A stretch of 64,000 bases of DNA, taken from the NCBI GenBank assembly GCA_026014815.1, contig JAOZHP010000140.1, positions 17,437 to 81,436 on the forward strand. The letters are read 5' to 3'. The translations under genes and the position numbers were made by a program. The stretch is from Candidatus Bathyarchaeota archaeon. GTDB lineage: Archaea > Thermoproteota > Bathyarchaeia > TCS64. Below the pieces are notes generated by a model. The model was not told where the DNA came from. It saw nothing but the letters and a program-made list of their open reading frames with translations, and did no database searches. Of this stretch, positions 48,047 to 58,882 are shown piece after piece (positions within the stretch are counted from its first letter, which is position 1; every line of letters starts with the position of its first letter).

Positions 48047-48961
48047 TCAGATATTGTAGATGGGGTTAGTCCACGCGGTCCTACCCTCATAATCAGTAAC
48101 CTCGACGCGAACGTAGGTCTCACGAGGTCTCCCAGGGTACGTGGCTCCTGTGAGAGGCTCTGCCTCGGCGTAGAACTTCATACCAAGTGACGGTGTTGAC
48201 ACGAAGGAGATGTACTTTACTGGGCTGCACTCTACGCTAACGACGCCGTCATCATCTATTGCGATGTTCTTGATCTCGGGTCCCGTGCTGGAGTAGAACA
48301 AGCCCTTGCGGATGCTTTCCATTATGGAGTCAATTGACAGTGACTCTGCTTTGACGTTGATCCAGGCGCCACAGGCGTCTAGGGGCAGGTTCGGTCTATC
48401 GGCGCCGTGGTGATCATCGGTCGCGTATATCCACGGTTTTCTTCCAGCTACTATTAATCCGTCGATGTGAGCTGAGCTTAGACCGGTGTTACGTTCATAC
48501 TCGCAGCTTGTGTTGTAGATCTCGACGCCGTGGTACCGCTTCAGCTTCATCATGTCGCTGTGGTTTAGACCTGACCAGTATGGATGAGCGAGGATAGAGA
48601 TGCCGCCTGCCTCATTGATGTAATCTATTACACTCTGAGGGTCCAAGTCATAGTCAAAGTCCCTGAAGGGAAGAGTCTCCTCGACGCCAAGCCCTACGAG
48701 GTGGTAGAGGGTGCCCGCCTGTGATCTACCAACGCAGATCTCTTCCCCGGGGATAAGCAGGAAACCTCGGTCTCCAAGCCCACCTACATCGACTACAATG
48801 CTATGATCGGTGATTGAAAGGAAGTCATATTCTGCTTCCTTGTATATCTCTACAAGTTGTTCCGGCGTCCGGGTTCCATCAGACTTGGTTGTGTGTGCGT
48901 GGACGTTTCCCTTGAACCATTCCCCCTCTGCCTCGAATGGGTTGATGAAGTGGCGCTTCAA
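48047..48961 (-). CDS. PHP-domain metal-dependent phosphoesterase
   Basis: GNVHAHTTKSDG and ITDHS motifs. Confidence 0.6.
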   Translation of the reverse strand: MKRHFINPFEAEGEWFKGNVHAHTTKSDGTRTPEQLVEIYKEAEYDFLSITDHSIVVDVGGLGDRGFLLIPGEEICVGRSQAGTLYHLVGLGVEETLPFRDFDYDLDPQSVIDYINEAGGISILAHPYWSGLNHSDMMKLKRYHGVEIYNTSCEYERNTGLSSAHIDGLIVAGRKPWIYATDDHHGADRPNLPLDACGAWINVKAESLSIDSIMESIRKGLFYSSTGPEIKNIAIDDDGVVSVECSPVKYISFVSTPSLGMKFYAEAEPLTGATYPGRPRETYVRVEVTDYEGRTAWTNPIYNI

Positions 48962-49259
48962 TTAGAATCATATAAACATTGAGGGAGAGAATATCAGGTT
49001 TCTTAAGTGAGCCTCTGCTTGTTCTCGTACTGGGACTCGTAGACGATGTACGCCACCTGCACCGTGGACACGTTACTGAACACGCCCACAGTGTTTGATA
49101 CCGGCTCTGACGGGGGGTTCCTGGCTACGAGGATGGCTGCCCCACTTGAAGCTAACAGAAACAGTAAGGCAACATACCTAGAGCTAAAAGCCATCATATT
49201 TGAGGTAACGATGACAGTTAAAATAAGGATTTTTGGAAAGAAAAATTTACAAAAGGAGA

Positions 49260-51815
49260 TTAACCGAGGATACTGTTGAAGAGCAGCTTGAAGGTGCCAT
49301 GGGTCTGGCACCTATGCTGTGCCCTAGGCCCGATTAGAACCGCTGAGCCGTCACCTACCTCTGCCTCCAGCACCGCTATCTTGTTGGCTAGCTTCTCCTC
49401 ACCTACCAGCCATCCTGATTCAAGTAGATCGGAGTCAGGGTACGCCGCTACGATGCTGTACTTGTGGTTGTCCGGGCTGGGCGATATCTTGAAGGCTGGG
49501 CTGTTCCAGTGGAGAGCCAGCGCCTCTTCGGGCATCCCGTAGGCACGTGGATGATAAATGTCCACGTCCATGTGGATGGTGCTCCCGGGGCAGTGGAACT
49601 CCTTGCTGTTGAGATCTTTCAATGTGTTAGCTATCTTAAGGTCCAGGACCTCGATGGCGTACTCGCTTGCCCCACCGAGGCAGACCAGAGTGCCTCCCTT
49701 CATGACCCAGTCCTTGAGCTTCTCCTTTCCCTCGTCTCCTAGGCCGCTCTGGTACTCTGGTGGATACTCGGGGAGCGGCCAGGTAGGCCTGTTCTCCTTC
49801 CACCACTTCTTGAACTCGTCACCTCCGGTAATGGCTTCAGGTGAGTCATGAGGCAGAATGATAACGTCATACAGGGAAAGGTCGCCCTCCAGTATGTCTG
49901 CGTCCATGAGGGTCTCGTATGGGAAGCTGAACTGCTCTAGGCAGAGCCTAGTCCAGCCTTCATCCATGTTGCCACCCCAGAACCGCTGATACATGCCTAT
50001 GTTGAGCTGTTTGACCTCTGATACCTCCGCCTCAAATGCCTCCAAGGCGTGGAATGTTACACCAGTCAGCTCAGCTATCTCTTTGAGTTTTTTGTCTTTG
50101 CCTGGCTCCACGAGGAAGCAGCCGGGCGGTAACTCATAGTCACCGGCGAATAGAGGCTCCAGTATGCGGTTCACTTTAACTCCTTTATCTAAAAGCAGAT
50201 TGACTGCCTTGTACGCAGCGTTCTCACGTGTATCCAGAAGGTACCCTACTTTGCCCTTGTCGTCCACGGCTCCTTTGGGAGGCTTGTAATCGGTGACCTG
50301 TAATACCTCGGTCTCTGTGATGAAGTCACATGGATGCACTGCTACCCCCATGAACTCGGCCAGCGTATCGGTGGCAGTGTCGTAAGGTCTGTGAGGAGAA
50401 CCGTCAGGTTGCCTTGTGAAGCTGTCATCTGGGAAACGTGTCTGACCCAGTAGAGTCATTATGAGACCCATCTTGGGCTGCCCGAGGGGAATTATGTAAC
50501 TGCCCTCATCGTAGAGGTACCCGTCAGCGCTGAACGCCTCCTTCGCCTTATAGATCTCGATATTCTGGACCATGAGCTTCTCGATCATGAGTTCAGTGGT
50601 GCGTGGGTCATGCTGGTTAGCGGGGACCACGAAGAAGCCGGGTGAGCCTGCGATCCCTCGCTCGGTCTGCCTCACTGCCTTTTGGTACGCGTTCCAGAGC
50701 ACTGTCTCCCTATTGCGTGCCATATGGTCCAGGAGCGCCCATGCGGAGACCTTCTGCTGCTCAACTATATCTCTGAGAGTCCACCAGCCTCCCTCCCAGG
50801 GATGGGGGAAGTTTGTGGTTGCCTTGTAGTGGGGGAACATCCTAGTGCCTACGAGGCTACCGGGCTTTGTCTCCTCGATAAGCTGCTCTGGATGGATATA
50901 GAGGGGAGTCGCCAGCTTCGCCGACGCGCTCTCCGTCAGCATGGAAGGTATGTTGTGGTAGATGCCTATCCAGTGAAAACCCATATGTGCCCAGCCGCTG
51001 AACACGGCTCCGTTGAGTATGCCTGTCTTGCCTTGCTCCTCCAACTTGTACGCCATGTGGGCGCCGTACCAACTGAGCTCCCTCCAGACAAGCGGATCAC
51101 CATGAGGGTGAATTGGATCACTATAGGGCGCGACATAGAGCCGTGCACCGTAGCTGCCCATGTGATGGTGGTCCTGATAGGCTTGGGGAGGCCACTGGTG
51201 GAACATTAGATCGGCCATGTACTGGCTCTCCACGGTGTTGGTCATGAAGGCGTCCCGGTTGTTGTCGTGTCCACAGTACTTGTGGTAGAGGTAGGGGGTT
51301 CCTACGCCCTCGTACTCTGTGCTCAGCCACTGGTTGTACCAGTCGGTGACCATGATCTGGCCGTCGGGGTTGAAGCTTGGAACCATAATGCTGATGACGT
51401 TGTCCAAGATATCCCTGGTCTCGCTGTCGTCCCTTGTCAGCAGGTCGTACGCCAACTCGGGGGCCATCTGAGTGCCTCCTATCTCAGACGCGTGGAGGCT
51501 CATTGACTGGATGACCACTGCCTTGCCCTCAGAGACCATGGGCTTGACCTCGTCCTCGCTGAGGTCCCCTGGGGCAACTATCTGTTGGTTGGTCTCTTGG
51601 ATTTTTTCCAGATTCTTCATGTTCTCCTCGCTCGTGATGATGACGGCGAGGAATGGGTGACCCTCAGTTGAGGGCCCCATATCGATGACCTTGATCTTCT
51701 TGGACTCTTTCTGGAGCTTCCAAAAGTACTCCACTATCTTGTCCCAGTGGGCAATCTTGCGGTCAGCGCCAAGTTGGTGACCGAAAAACTCCTCGGGGGA
51801 AGTGATACCTGACAT
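49260..51815 (-). CDS. Large M14-family zinc carboxypeptidase-like protein (851 aa, no signal peptide)
   Basis: M14-like pattern, including HxxE-type zinc-site context and an N-terminal carboxypeptidase-domain signature. Low-resolution call. Confidence 0.55.
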   Translation of the reverse strand: MSGITSPEEFFGHQLGADRKIAHWDKIVEYFWKLQKESKKIKVIDMGPSTEGHPFLAVIITSEENMKNLEKIQETNQQIVAPGDLSEDEVKPMVSEGKAVVIQSMSLHASEIGGTQMAPELAYDLLTRDDSETRDILDNVISIMVPSFNPDGQIMVTDWYNQWLSTEYEGVGTPYLYHKYCGHDNNRDAFMTNTVESQYMADLMFHQWPPQAYQDHHHMGSYGARLYVAPYSDPIHPHGDPLVWRELSWYGAHMAYKLEEQGKTGILNGAVFSGWAHMGFHWIGIYHNIPSMLTESASAKLATPLYIHPEQLIEETKPGSLVGTRMFPHYKATTNFPHPWEGGWWTLRDIVEQQKVSAWALLDHMARNRETVLWNAYQKAVRQTERGIAGSPGFFVVPANQHDPRTTELMIEKLMVQNIEIYKAKEAFSADGYLYDEGSYIIPLGQPKMGLIMTLLGQTRFPDDSFTRQPDGSPHRPYDTATDTLAEFMGVAVHPCDFITETEVLQVTDYKPPKGAVDDKGKVGYLLDTRENAAYKAVNLLLDKGVKVNRILEPLFAGDYELPPGCFLVEPGKDKKLKEIAELTGVTFHALEAFEAEVSEVKQLNIGMYQRFWGGNMDEGWTRLCLEQFSFPYETLMDADILEGDLSLYDVIILPHDSPEAITGGDEFKKWWKENRPTWPLPEYPPEYQSGLGDEGKEKLKDWVMKGGTLVCLGGASEYAIEVLDLKIANTLKDLNSKEFHCPGSTIHMDVDIYHPRAYGMPEEALALHWNSPAFKISPSPDNHKYSIVAAYPDSDLLESGWLVGEEKLANKIAVLEAEVGDGSAVLIGPRAQHRCQTHGTFKLLFNSILG

Positions 51816-51923
51816 GCATCAAAATTACCAGTGTGAGAATTTAGGGTTACTCATGAAATGAGAGCCCTCCCTGATTTACAACTGTACATCCTTTATACCT
51901 TCTTCGTGTTTATCTTCACCTGT

Positions 51924-53105
51924 ATGAAAGTCCTTGTATTAGGCGTGGGAAAGATGGGTTACGGGCTCCTCAAGGACCTAGACGCCCAGTCCCACGTAGA
52001 CGAGATAGTAGCCGCCGACATGAACCAGACGCAGGCACAAGCCTTCGCTGAACGAGTCGGAGGAGAAAAGATCAGCGTCGTCAAACTAGACGCCACCGAC
52101 AAGAAAGAGACAGTAAAGCTCATGAAACAGGGCTTCGACGTGGTCGCCGCTGCCTTACCGAGACCGTTCTGTGACGCCGCCGTAGACGCCGCGATTGAGG
52201 CAGGTATAGGGTGGGCAGATGTCGCCGCCAGTTTCAGCACCATCTTCAACCAACACGAGAAAGCCAAAAAAGCTGGAGTATCAATAGTACCCCATATCGG
52301 CCTCGACATTGGGATCGACAGAGTGCTCTGCGGCGTGGGGGCACGTAAACTCGACCACACTGACGGCATGATCGTCTGGTGTGGAGGATTCCCGCAGAAG
52401 GGCACAGAGGGTTACGAGAACCCCCTCCAGTACAAGATAAGCTGGTACTGGCCCTACGCGGTTGACAGCAACCTGAGAACCAGCACAGTGCTGATAAACG
52501 GAGAGACAGTGACACTAGAGAACCTCAGCGACCCAGAAGAAATTGACTTCCCTGAACCCATAGGTAGAACCGAGGCATACACCACAGGTGGACTCAAAGA
52601 CGTGATAGACCACCTCGACCTCAAAGGAGTGAAGACAGCTATAGGTAAAACGGTCAGGTGGCCAGGTCACAGCGAGTTCTGGACCAAGCTCAAGAAGCTG
52701 CACCTCTTGGACCAAGAGGAGATCAATGTCAGAGGTCAGATGGTGAAGCCATACGACGTGTTCATCGCCCTCGGGCACAAGCACCTCCAGTATGGCCCCG
52801 ATGAGGGAGACGCCATCTGTCAGAAAGTGAAGATCTGGGGGGTCAAGGATGGTGAGCCAATGGCTTACATCTACGAGTTCATCGACCTCCATGACTTTGA
52901 GAACGACATAAGCGCCATGGCCCGTACCACCGCGTATCCATGCAGCATCGTTGCTCAGATGATCGCAAAGGGCGAGTTCGACAAGCCCGGCGTTATTCAT
53001 CCCGCGTGGATCGGGTACGATGAAAAGCTCTCTGACAAGTTCTTCAAGGAGCTAGCTGTTCGGAACATCAACATAACCGAATACGAGAAACAAAGCCTCC
53101 CATAA
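51924..53105 (+). CDS. Saccharopine-dehydrogenase-like NAD(P)-binding oxidoreductase
   Basis: MKVLVLGVGKMGYGL Rossmann motif with a saccharopine-DH-like downstream pattern. Confidence 0.6.
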   Translation: MKVLVLGVGKMGYGLLKDLDAQSHVDEIVAADMNQTQAQAFAERVGGEKISVVKLDATDKKETVKLMKQGFDVVAAALPRPFCDAAVDAAIEAGIGWADVAASFSTIFNQHEKAKKAGVSIVPHIGLDIGIDRVLCGVGARKLDHTDGMIVWCGGFPQKGTEGYENPLQYKISWYWPYAVDSNLRTSTVLINGETVTLENLSDPEEIDFPEPIGRTEAYTTGGLKDVIDHLDLKGVKTAIGKTVRWPGHSEFWTKLKKLHLLDQEEINVRGQMVKPYDVFIALGHKHLQYGPDEGDAICQKVKIWGVKDGEPMAYIYEFIDLHDFENDISAMARTTAYPCSIVAQMIAKGEFDKPGVIHPAWIGYDEKLSDKFFKELAVRNINITEYEKQSLP

Positions 53106-53669
53106 TTCTCCTTTTTTAATCCTTTATTACACCACAAGTGGTACCGACTGCACATCACTTGCAGTCATTCAAGGTATTATTTTCGTAGATTGGGAGTAAA
53201 GAGCCGGAACATCTCTGCCAGCGTAGTAAATGACTGGTCTTTTCCCAAAAAAACACCCCATAAGTATATATTGTATATACGGATATTAATGATTTTAAGC
53301 CAAGACAGGTGATACCATGGGACTAAACGTAGACTCTCTGAAACAGCAACTAAATGATGAGGATTATCTCAAAATACTGAATCACTGCCGAGAACCAAAG
53401 ACGTTCAAGGAGATACGCAAAACAAAGGTCAAGGAAGGCAAGCTCTTCAAAGCGCTTAAAGAACTCAAGCTTAGCGAGGCGCTTCTCTTCGCAGATGGAA
53501 AATACTACACCGCTCCTGATGCACTGCTACACATGGATTGATAAATTATCTACCAGCTTTTTTTCACACCCAGTTTACTTAGTGGATACACCGACGAAAA
53601 AAAGAATATATTATGCAAATGGCCACATTCCACGCAGACGTTTTATCCCTATAAGCCATCAATTTCACT

Positions 53670-54941
53670 ATGAAAGAGATAATCATCAAGGGAGGCACCC
53701 TCATAAACGGAACAGGTTCGCCTCCCACTAAACAGGACATCAAGATCAAGAACCATATGATAGTCGAGGTAGGTGAGTTCAGGGCAGGACGAGACGCGGA
53801 TATCATTGACGCGACGGGGTTAACAGTGATGCCTGGTCTCATCGAGGGCCACAACCATCCCCTCGGTGAAAGGGAGTTCAGTGATTCAGGGTTCAAGAAG
53901 TACTATGACAACATGGTGAACAGCCCTGCCCTCGCGCTGCTGAAAGGAGTTCAGGTCATCCAGGGTCTCCTCACAAGGGGTATAACAACGGTCAGGATAC
54001 CGCACCCCACTATCGCCAATGCTCCTGAGCTACGGGGTGAGTGGCTGGTGGCGCTCAGGAAGGCTGTGGAACGTCGCTACTTCCCCGCCCCGAGAGTGGT
54101 TGCTGGTGGATGTGTGCTTCCAACTGGTGGCCACCTTAACAGCATGGGTCCGCCATTCACCTTGAAACCGGGTTGGTGGGGGGCAGACGGCCCATGGGAG
54201 GTCCGTAAGCAAGCTCGCGAGTGCCTCCAACACGAGGTGGACTTTATCAAGCTCATCGGTCCTGGTCATAAGCGTTTCAAGCCGGGGTCGGGCCCTGAGC
54301 ACACCTGCATGACAAGGGAGGAGATAGCTGCAGCAGTAGAGGAAGCCCACTGGAAAGGCGTGCCCGTTGCAGCTCACGCCAAGAACGGTCCCGGCCTCAA
54401 GTTCGCTGTTGAGGAGGGAGTTGACAGCATAGAGCATGGCACTCACCTCATCGAGCAGCCTGAGCTCATAGACCATATGGTTGAGCATGATCAGTTCTTG
54501 GTACCAACTCTCGGCATGTTCTTCTACGAGCCGCGGGTAGATGCCTACGATGAGGCTGAACCTGGCACGAGGGACGAGTTTGAGGCAAGGCGCCCGGGTC
54601 TTGTGAAGAACTTTAAGGCATGTCTCAAGGCAGGTGTGAAGATCGCCGCAGGGACCGATAACACGTACTGGGACGCACCGGGGGTTGCATGGGAGCTGCA
54701 CACATACGTTAAACACGGAGGCATGAAGCCCATGGACGCGATAATCAGCGCCACAAAGACAAACGCCGAGAACTGCGCCCTTCCAGACGTCGGTACACTG
54801 GAGAAAGGAAAGAAAGCGGACCTTATCCTGGTGGACGGCGATCCCTTGAAGGACATCTCGGTTCTTCAGGACAGGGCTAACATACGTACAGTCATGAAGG
54901 ATGGTCTTCTGATGGTGGAGGATGGCAGGATCAGCTGGTAA
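53670..54941 (+). CDS. Amidohydrolase-family metal-dependent hydrolase
   Basis: VMPGLIEGHNHP, a later HAKNG...IEHG pattern, and an AAGTDN pattern. Confidence 0.75.
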   Translation: MKEIIIKGGTLINGTGSPPTKQDIKIKNHMIVEVGEFRAGRDADIIDATGLTVMPGLIEGHNHPLGEREFSDSGFKKYYDNMVNSPALALLKGVQVIQGLLTRGITTVRIPHPTIANAPELRGEWLVALRKAVERRYFPAPRVVAGGCVLPTGGHLNSMGPPFTLKPGWWGADGPWEVRKQARECLQHEVDFIKLIGPGHKRFKPGSGPEHTCMTREEIAAAVEEAHWKGVPVAAHAKNGPGLKFAVEEGVDSIEHGTHLIEQPELIDHMVEHDQFLVPTLGMFFYEPRVDAYDEAEPGTRDEFEARRPGLVKNFKACLKAGVKIAAGTDNTYWDAPGVAWELHTYVKHGGMKPMDAIISATKTNAENCALPDVGTLEKGKKADLILVDGDPLKDISVLQDRANIRTVMKDGLLMVEDGRISW

Positions 54942-56052
54942 GTAACGCCTCGACTATCGCGTCCCCGAGCTCCACGGTGGAGTTCTTTCCTCCGAGGTCG
55001 GGAGTCCTCACCTTTTTCTCGACAAGCACCTTGTCTATTGCCTCGTCGATGCCTTTCCACGCGTCCTTAAGGGACTGGTCGTTGTTCTTGTCACCGAGCC
55101 AGTTGAGCATCATACCGATGGAGAGAGCCATCGAGGTGGGGTTCGCGATTCCCCGTCCCGCAATATCGGGCGCGGAGCCGTGAGTAGGCTCAGCGTAACA
55201 GTACTCATCCCCGGCATTGATACTTCCTGCGAGACCCATGCTTCCCTGAATGGCCCCGCTCATATCACTCATTATGTCCCCATACTGATTGGGCATAACG
55301 CAGACATCGTAGTAGTTGGGCCTCATGATGGCCCAGTAGCTCCAGGCGTCGATCCACGCGTAATCTGTCTCGACGTCAGGATAATCGGGCTCCAGCTCCT
55401 CGGCCACAGCCTTGAATAGGTTGTCTCCCTGACATATTCCCCACTTGGCGGTCACCGTTAGCCTCCGTTTGTCATCCACTGGTGCACCTGCTCGTCCCTT
55501 GTAGTCTCCGCTCCGGGCGAGCTCGTAGCCCTTCTTGATGATACGTTCGCAACCCTTACGGGTCTGGATATAGTTGTCCACCGCCATCTCTGTCTCGCCA
55601 GCCCTGCTGAGGGTGCCTCCCGCCTTGACGTACATGTGTTCAGTGTTCTCCCTTAGAATGAGGTAGTCGATATCACCCGGCTCACGTCCCTTGAGTACCC
55701 CCTCCACTCCGGGTCTTAGCCTGCATGGCCTTATGTTGGCGTAGAGGTCCTGGTCGAGGCGCTGGTTGATTGGTAGGTAGTGGCCGTGTTTACCGATGTA
55801 CTGGGGTAGCCCCACAGGGCCTTTGAACCAGCAGTCGGCGTCGAAGAGAAGCTCCCTGGTGACCTCGGGGTCCCAGCCTTCCTTCATATCGTGTTTAGCG
55901 TAGTACTTGGACCCGAACTCGTATGGCCCGATTATCTCAAGGTTCAGGCTGTAAACACGTGAAACGGCGTCCAGTACCTTCAGTGCTTCTGGTACTATCT
56001 CGTATGCTATGCCGTCTCCATATAATGCAAGAATCTGGTAGCTGCGAGTCAT
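54931..56052 (-). CDS. Isocitrate/isopropylmalate/tartrate dehydrogenase family protein
   Basis: LALYGDGIAYEIV N-terminus and an NLYANIRP motif. Confidence 0.8.
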   Translation of the reverse strand: MTRSYQILALYGDGIAYEIVPEALKVLDAVSRVYSLNLEIIGPYEFGSKYYAKHDMKEGWDPEVTRELLFDADCWFKGPVGLPQYIGKHGHYLPINQRLDQDLYANIRPCRLRPGVEGVLKGREPGDIDYLILRENTEHMYVKAGGTLSRAGETEMAVDNYIQTRKGCERIIKKGYELARSGDYKGRAGAPVDDKRRLTVTAKWGICQGDNLFKAVAEELEPDYPDVETDYAWIDAWSYWAIMRPNYYDVCVMPNQYGDIMSDMSGAIQGSMGLAGSINAGDEYCYAEPTHGSAPDIAGRGIANPTSMALSIGMMLNWLGDKNNDQSLKDAWKGIDEAIDKVLVEKKVRTPDLGGKNSTVELGDAIVEALLTS

Positions 56053-56086
56053 GATTGATGAAGAGTTTAGGAACTGAAAAGATCAT

Positions 56087-56551
56087 CTATTTTCGGAGGC
56101 GTGCCATCTGAGCTCCGCTGACCCTCTGCATCTCAACGGTAGACATGTAAGTCAACGCATTGTTAGAGCCTCCTCCTGAGTAGACCTTCTCTTTCTCTAG
56201 CACCTTTGGGTCCATGAGGAATATGGCCTCATACCCGAACGCCGGGGTTCCTCCCACAGGGTACCCTGTGAATTCAAGTATCTCGTCAGGGCTTGCCACC
56301 CTCGGCTTTGGGATGTTTAACGCCTTGGAGACTCGGCTTGTGCTGGCCCTGTGCTCCCCTTTCACAATGGCTACGATGAGCTTGCCTCCCATTGTGACCA
56401 TGCAGATGCTTTTTACAAAGTCCTCAGGTTCTGCGCCTACAGCCTCTGCGGCATCGGCTACGCTGTGTGTGGACTGGTTGAATGAGATCACCTCGGCTTC
56501 TACGCCGTGTTCCATGATATACTGTCTGAGTTTTTCCTCGTAGATGCTCAT
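56087..56551 (-). CDS. YbaK/ProX-type aminoacyl-tRNA deacylase domain protein
   Basis: Size and pattern fit: HSVADAAEAVG...KSICMV. Confidence 0.6.
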   Translation of the reverse strand: MSIYEEKLRQYIMEHGVEAEVISFNQSTHSVADAAEAVGAEPEDFVKSICMVTMGGKLIVAIVKGEHRASTSRVSKALNIPKPRVASPDEILEFTGYPVGGTPAFGYEAIFLMDPKVLEKEKVYSGGGSNNALTYMSTVEMQRVSGAQMARLRK

Positions 56552-56658
56552 GTTATTGGTTTATCTCGGGCTGGCTTTTACATTTTTTCTGTGTTTTAGC
56601 TGAACCGCCCCGCATTTATGTTATATTCTTAATAAAGTAGCAATCCATAAACCTGATA

Positions 56659-58308
56659 GTGGAAACTTGTCGTTTATTTCAGGTAACGCAGAGGGTGAAA
56701 AGTGTGATAAAATCAAATATAGTTAGACTGACGATCACAGCACTTGTTTTCTTGTCGTTAACTCAGACAATGGTGACGAGAGCAGAGGTGCACGCTGAGG
56801 ACCTGCTCATGGATGTACCGGGGTACATCTTTGAGGGAAGCCTGTACACTTACAGTGAGTACGTCACGATGCTGGATGAGATAAGCATCACCCCGAGTGA
56901 CTTCATCTACGGGACTGCCCCCACGGCAGTAATCCTTGCCAGTTACAGTCAGGGAGACGTGTATGTGTGGCTTGAGATACTGGAGTTCGAGACCGTTGAG
57001 GATGCCGTGGAGGAATATGATCGCCAGATCTCGGAGGAGTTATATGACAGCAGTATGGGGTACCGTGGTTACAATGGGTTAATGTTCCAACGGTTCAGTC
57101 CACGTGAGCGAGTGTTCCAATATGACAGGTTCATCTTTCTTGTGTTTTTCTCGCCTCTGGATAACACGGTGGCGTATCAGGAGGCGGACAGGTTGCTCCC
57201 CGGGTTTATCTCACATGCCCTCGATGTCATTGGTAACAGCCCACCTGACCCTCCTTCGTCTGTGGTTGACGCGACTTGGGGTGTGGAGCCGGGTGACGTG
57301 ATCAGTTGGAGCGTGGACGACGCCAGCTTCACTGGAAGCATGGGTACAGGTCACTCCGCGAGTCAATCAGACTATGTTGGCGAGTGGGAGATAGCGGATG
57401 TGCAGAACGGGTACGTTCTCGTGAAGCAGAGCAGCGGCATACAGCACATCTACACTGAGGATGAGACAAGGCTCACAGTGGATATTCCTTTTGACGATTA
57501 TACGTGGATGAGCCCAGAGGACGGAGCGTTGACACTCAGAAACATTGAGGGCGACGCAGCGGGCCCGGTTCTATACCCATTAACATTCAATGGTGCCTCG
57601 TTGTTGGAGCTAGTGGAAGACAGAGTTGACTACCTGCCAGATGTGGACAAGTCCGAGGACGGAACTCGCCTTAGCTTCAGCGGTAGAACTCCACAATACA
57701 GCGGTTTCACGCCTATTGAGACCCAGTGGATGGACATCACAGTCCATAAAGGCACTGGCATTGTCACCTACTACGAGTTCTACTACAACAACAATGAGTA
57801 CAGCATCACCACCTCGACATCCATGAGTCTCTATGATACCAGCTTCACGTTGAGCAGCAGGACGGCTGAGACACCTGAACTGGAGGCATCGACAACGCTT
57901 TCTCACAGCAGCCTCACTCAAGGTGACGCCTTGACGGTTATGGTGCAAGTATTAGATCAAAACAACGATGCTGTAACCGACGCCCAGGTCACCGCGGTTA
58001 TCAACACGAACCGTTACATATTGACGCATCAGGACTCAGGTAACTATGAGACATCTATTGATACGTCGAGCTTTCAGCCAGCTACGTTGAGCGTCACTGT
58101 TACAGCCGAGAAGGCAGGCTATCTGGAGGCATCAGATGTGGCGACAATTACGGTTACTCAGAGGCAGTCGAGTTCTACTAGTACGTCAGGTGAGACTGAC
58201 TCGCCTGAGGAGTCTGGGATACCGGGTTATCCACCTGTCTCTGTCGCGCTTGGAGTTGCTGTTGTGGCTGTGAGGCTCTTGTTCTCGCGGAAAAAACTCG
58301 GGAATTAA
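56659..58308 (+). CDS. Secreted beta-rich protein with a C-terminal sorting-signal-like tail
   Basis: N-terminal signal/anchor. The C-terminus is SSSTSTSGETDSPEESGIPGYPPVSVALGVAVVAVRLLFSRKKLGN. Confidence 0.5.
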   Translation: METCRLFQVTQRVKSVIKSNIVRLTITALVFLSLTQTMVTRAEVHAEDLLMDVPGYIFEGSLYTYSEYVTMLDEISITPSDFIYGTAPTAVILASYSQGDVYVWLEILEFETVEDAVEEYDRQISEELYDSSMGYRGYNGLMFQRFSPRERVFQYDRFIFLVFFSPLDNTVAYQEADRLLPGFISHALDVIGNSPPDPPSSVVDATWGVEPGDVISWSVDDASFTGSMGTGHSASQSDYVGEWEIADVQNGYVLVKQSSGIQHIYTEDETRLTVDIPFDDYTWMSPEDGALTLRNIEGDAAGPVLYPLTFNGASLLELVEDRVDYLPDVDKSEDGTRLSFSGRTPQYSGFTPIETQWMDITVHKGTGIVTYYEFYYNNNEYSITTSTSMSLYDTSFTLSSRTAETPELEASTTLSHSSLTQGDALTVMVQVLDQNNDAVTDAQVTAVINTNRYILTHQDSGNYETSIDTSSFQPATLSVTVTAEKAGYLEASDVATITVTQRQSSSTSTSGETDSPEESGIPGYPPVSVALGVAVVAVRLLFSRKKLGN

Positions 58309-58341
58309 CTTCAACAAGTATTTTTTCTCTGTTTAAAGGGG

Positions 58342-58357
58342 TAATTGGATCCAATTA
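58342..58357. promoter_or_regulatory. 16-bp perfect palindrome TAATTGGATCCAATTA
   Basis: Read directly from the sequence. It is intergenic, upstream of the small 58461 ORF and the corrinoid/methyltransferase pair. Confidence 0.4.
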
Positions 58358-58460
58358 GCCAGTTAGGGAACCCAGAGTTCGTCGTTTGCCGATGTACACT
58401 TCGCTGAATAGCGATACCATTATATTTGAGGGGGTTACCTACAGGCTCCGTTAAATCACG

Positions 58461-58655
58461 GTGACAAAAATGAAGATCACAGACGTCGATAAAGTAACCC
58501 TCGCCTTACTTCTTGAGGAGGGACGAGCACGTGTACAGGAACTCCAGTTCCACTTAACCATCACGAAGCACCAGATCATGGCTGCGTTGGCGCAGCTTGT
58601 AGCTCAGGGCTCCGTGGTCTACGAGGCGGCAACTAGCTGCTACATCCTTGTATAG
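58461..58655 (+). CDS. Small (64 aa) putative winged-helix protein
   Basis: A short helix-rich ORF downstream of the palindrome. Weak call. Confidence 0.25.
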   Translation: MTKMKITDVDKVTLALLLEEGRARVQELQFHLTITKHQIMAALAQLVAQGSVVYEAATSCYILV

Positions 58656-58882
58656 ACACCCGTTTTCTCAGCTTATTCTATAGTTGTTTGTACATTGATT
58701 CCGCCTTGAAAGGTGGACTTAGAGTAAAGGCAGGTGTGTTCTTAAGATTTCGTGGCTTTATACGGTTCTAGGATATTTCTATAATCAACGGTTTACTTGA
58801 ACAGGAATCGAGGATATTAATTTGGTATCCAGATTTATTCTAAAACGTTTTATTGTCCACCTAAAAAGTACATAGGAGCGTC

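Noticed and set aside
53260-53280. Short palindrome GTATATATTGTATATAC upstream of the 53317 small ORF
   Set aside because: It is an AT-only element in a promoter-like region, most simply a TATA-box-like sequence. It is too simple to call a specific operator.
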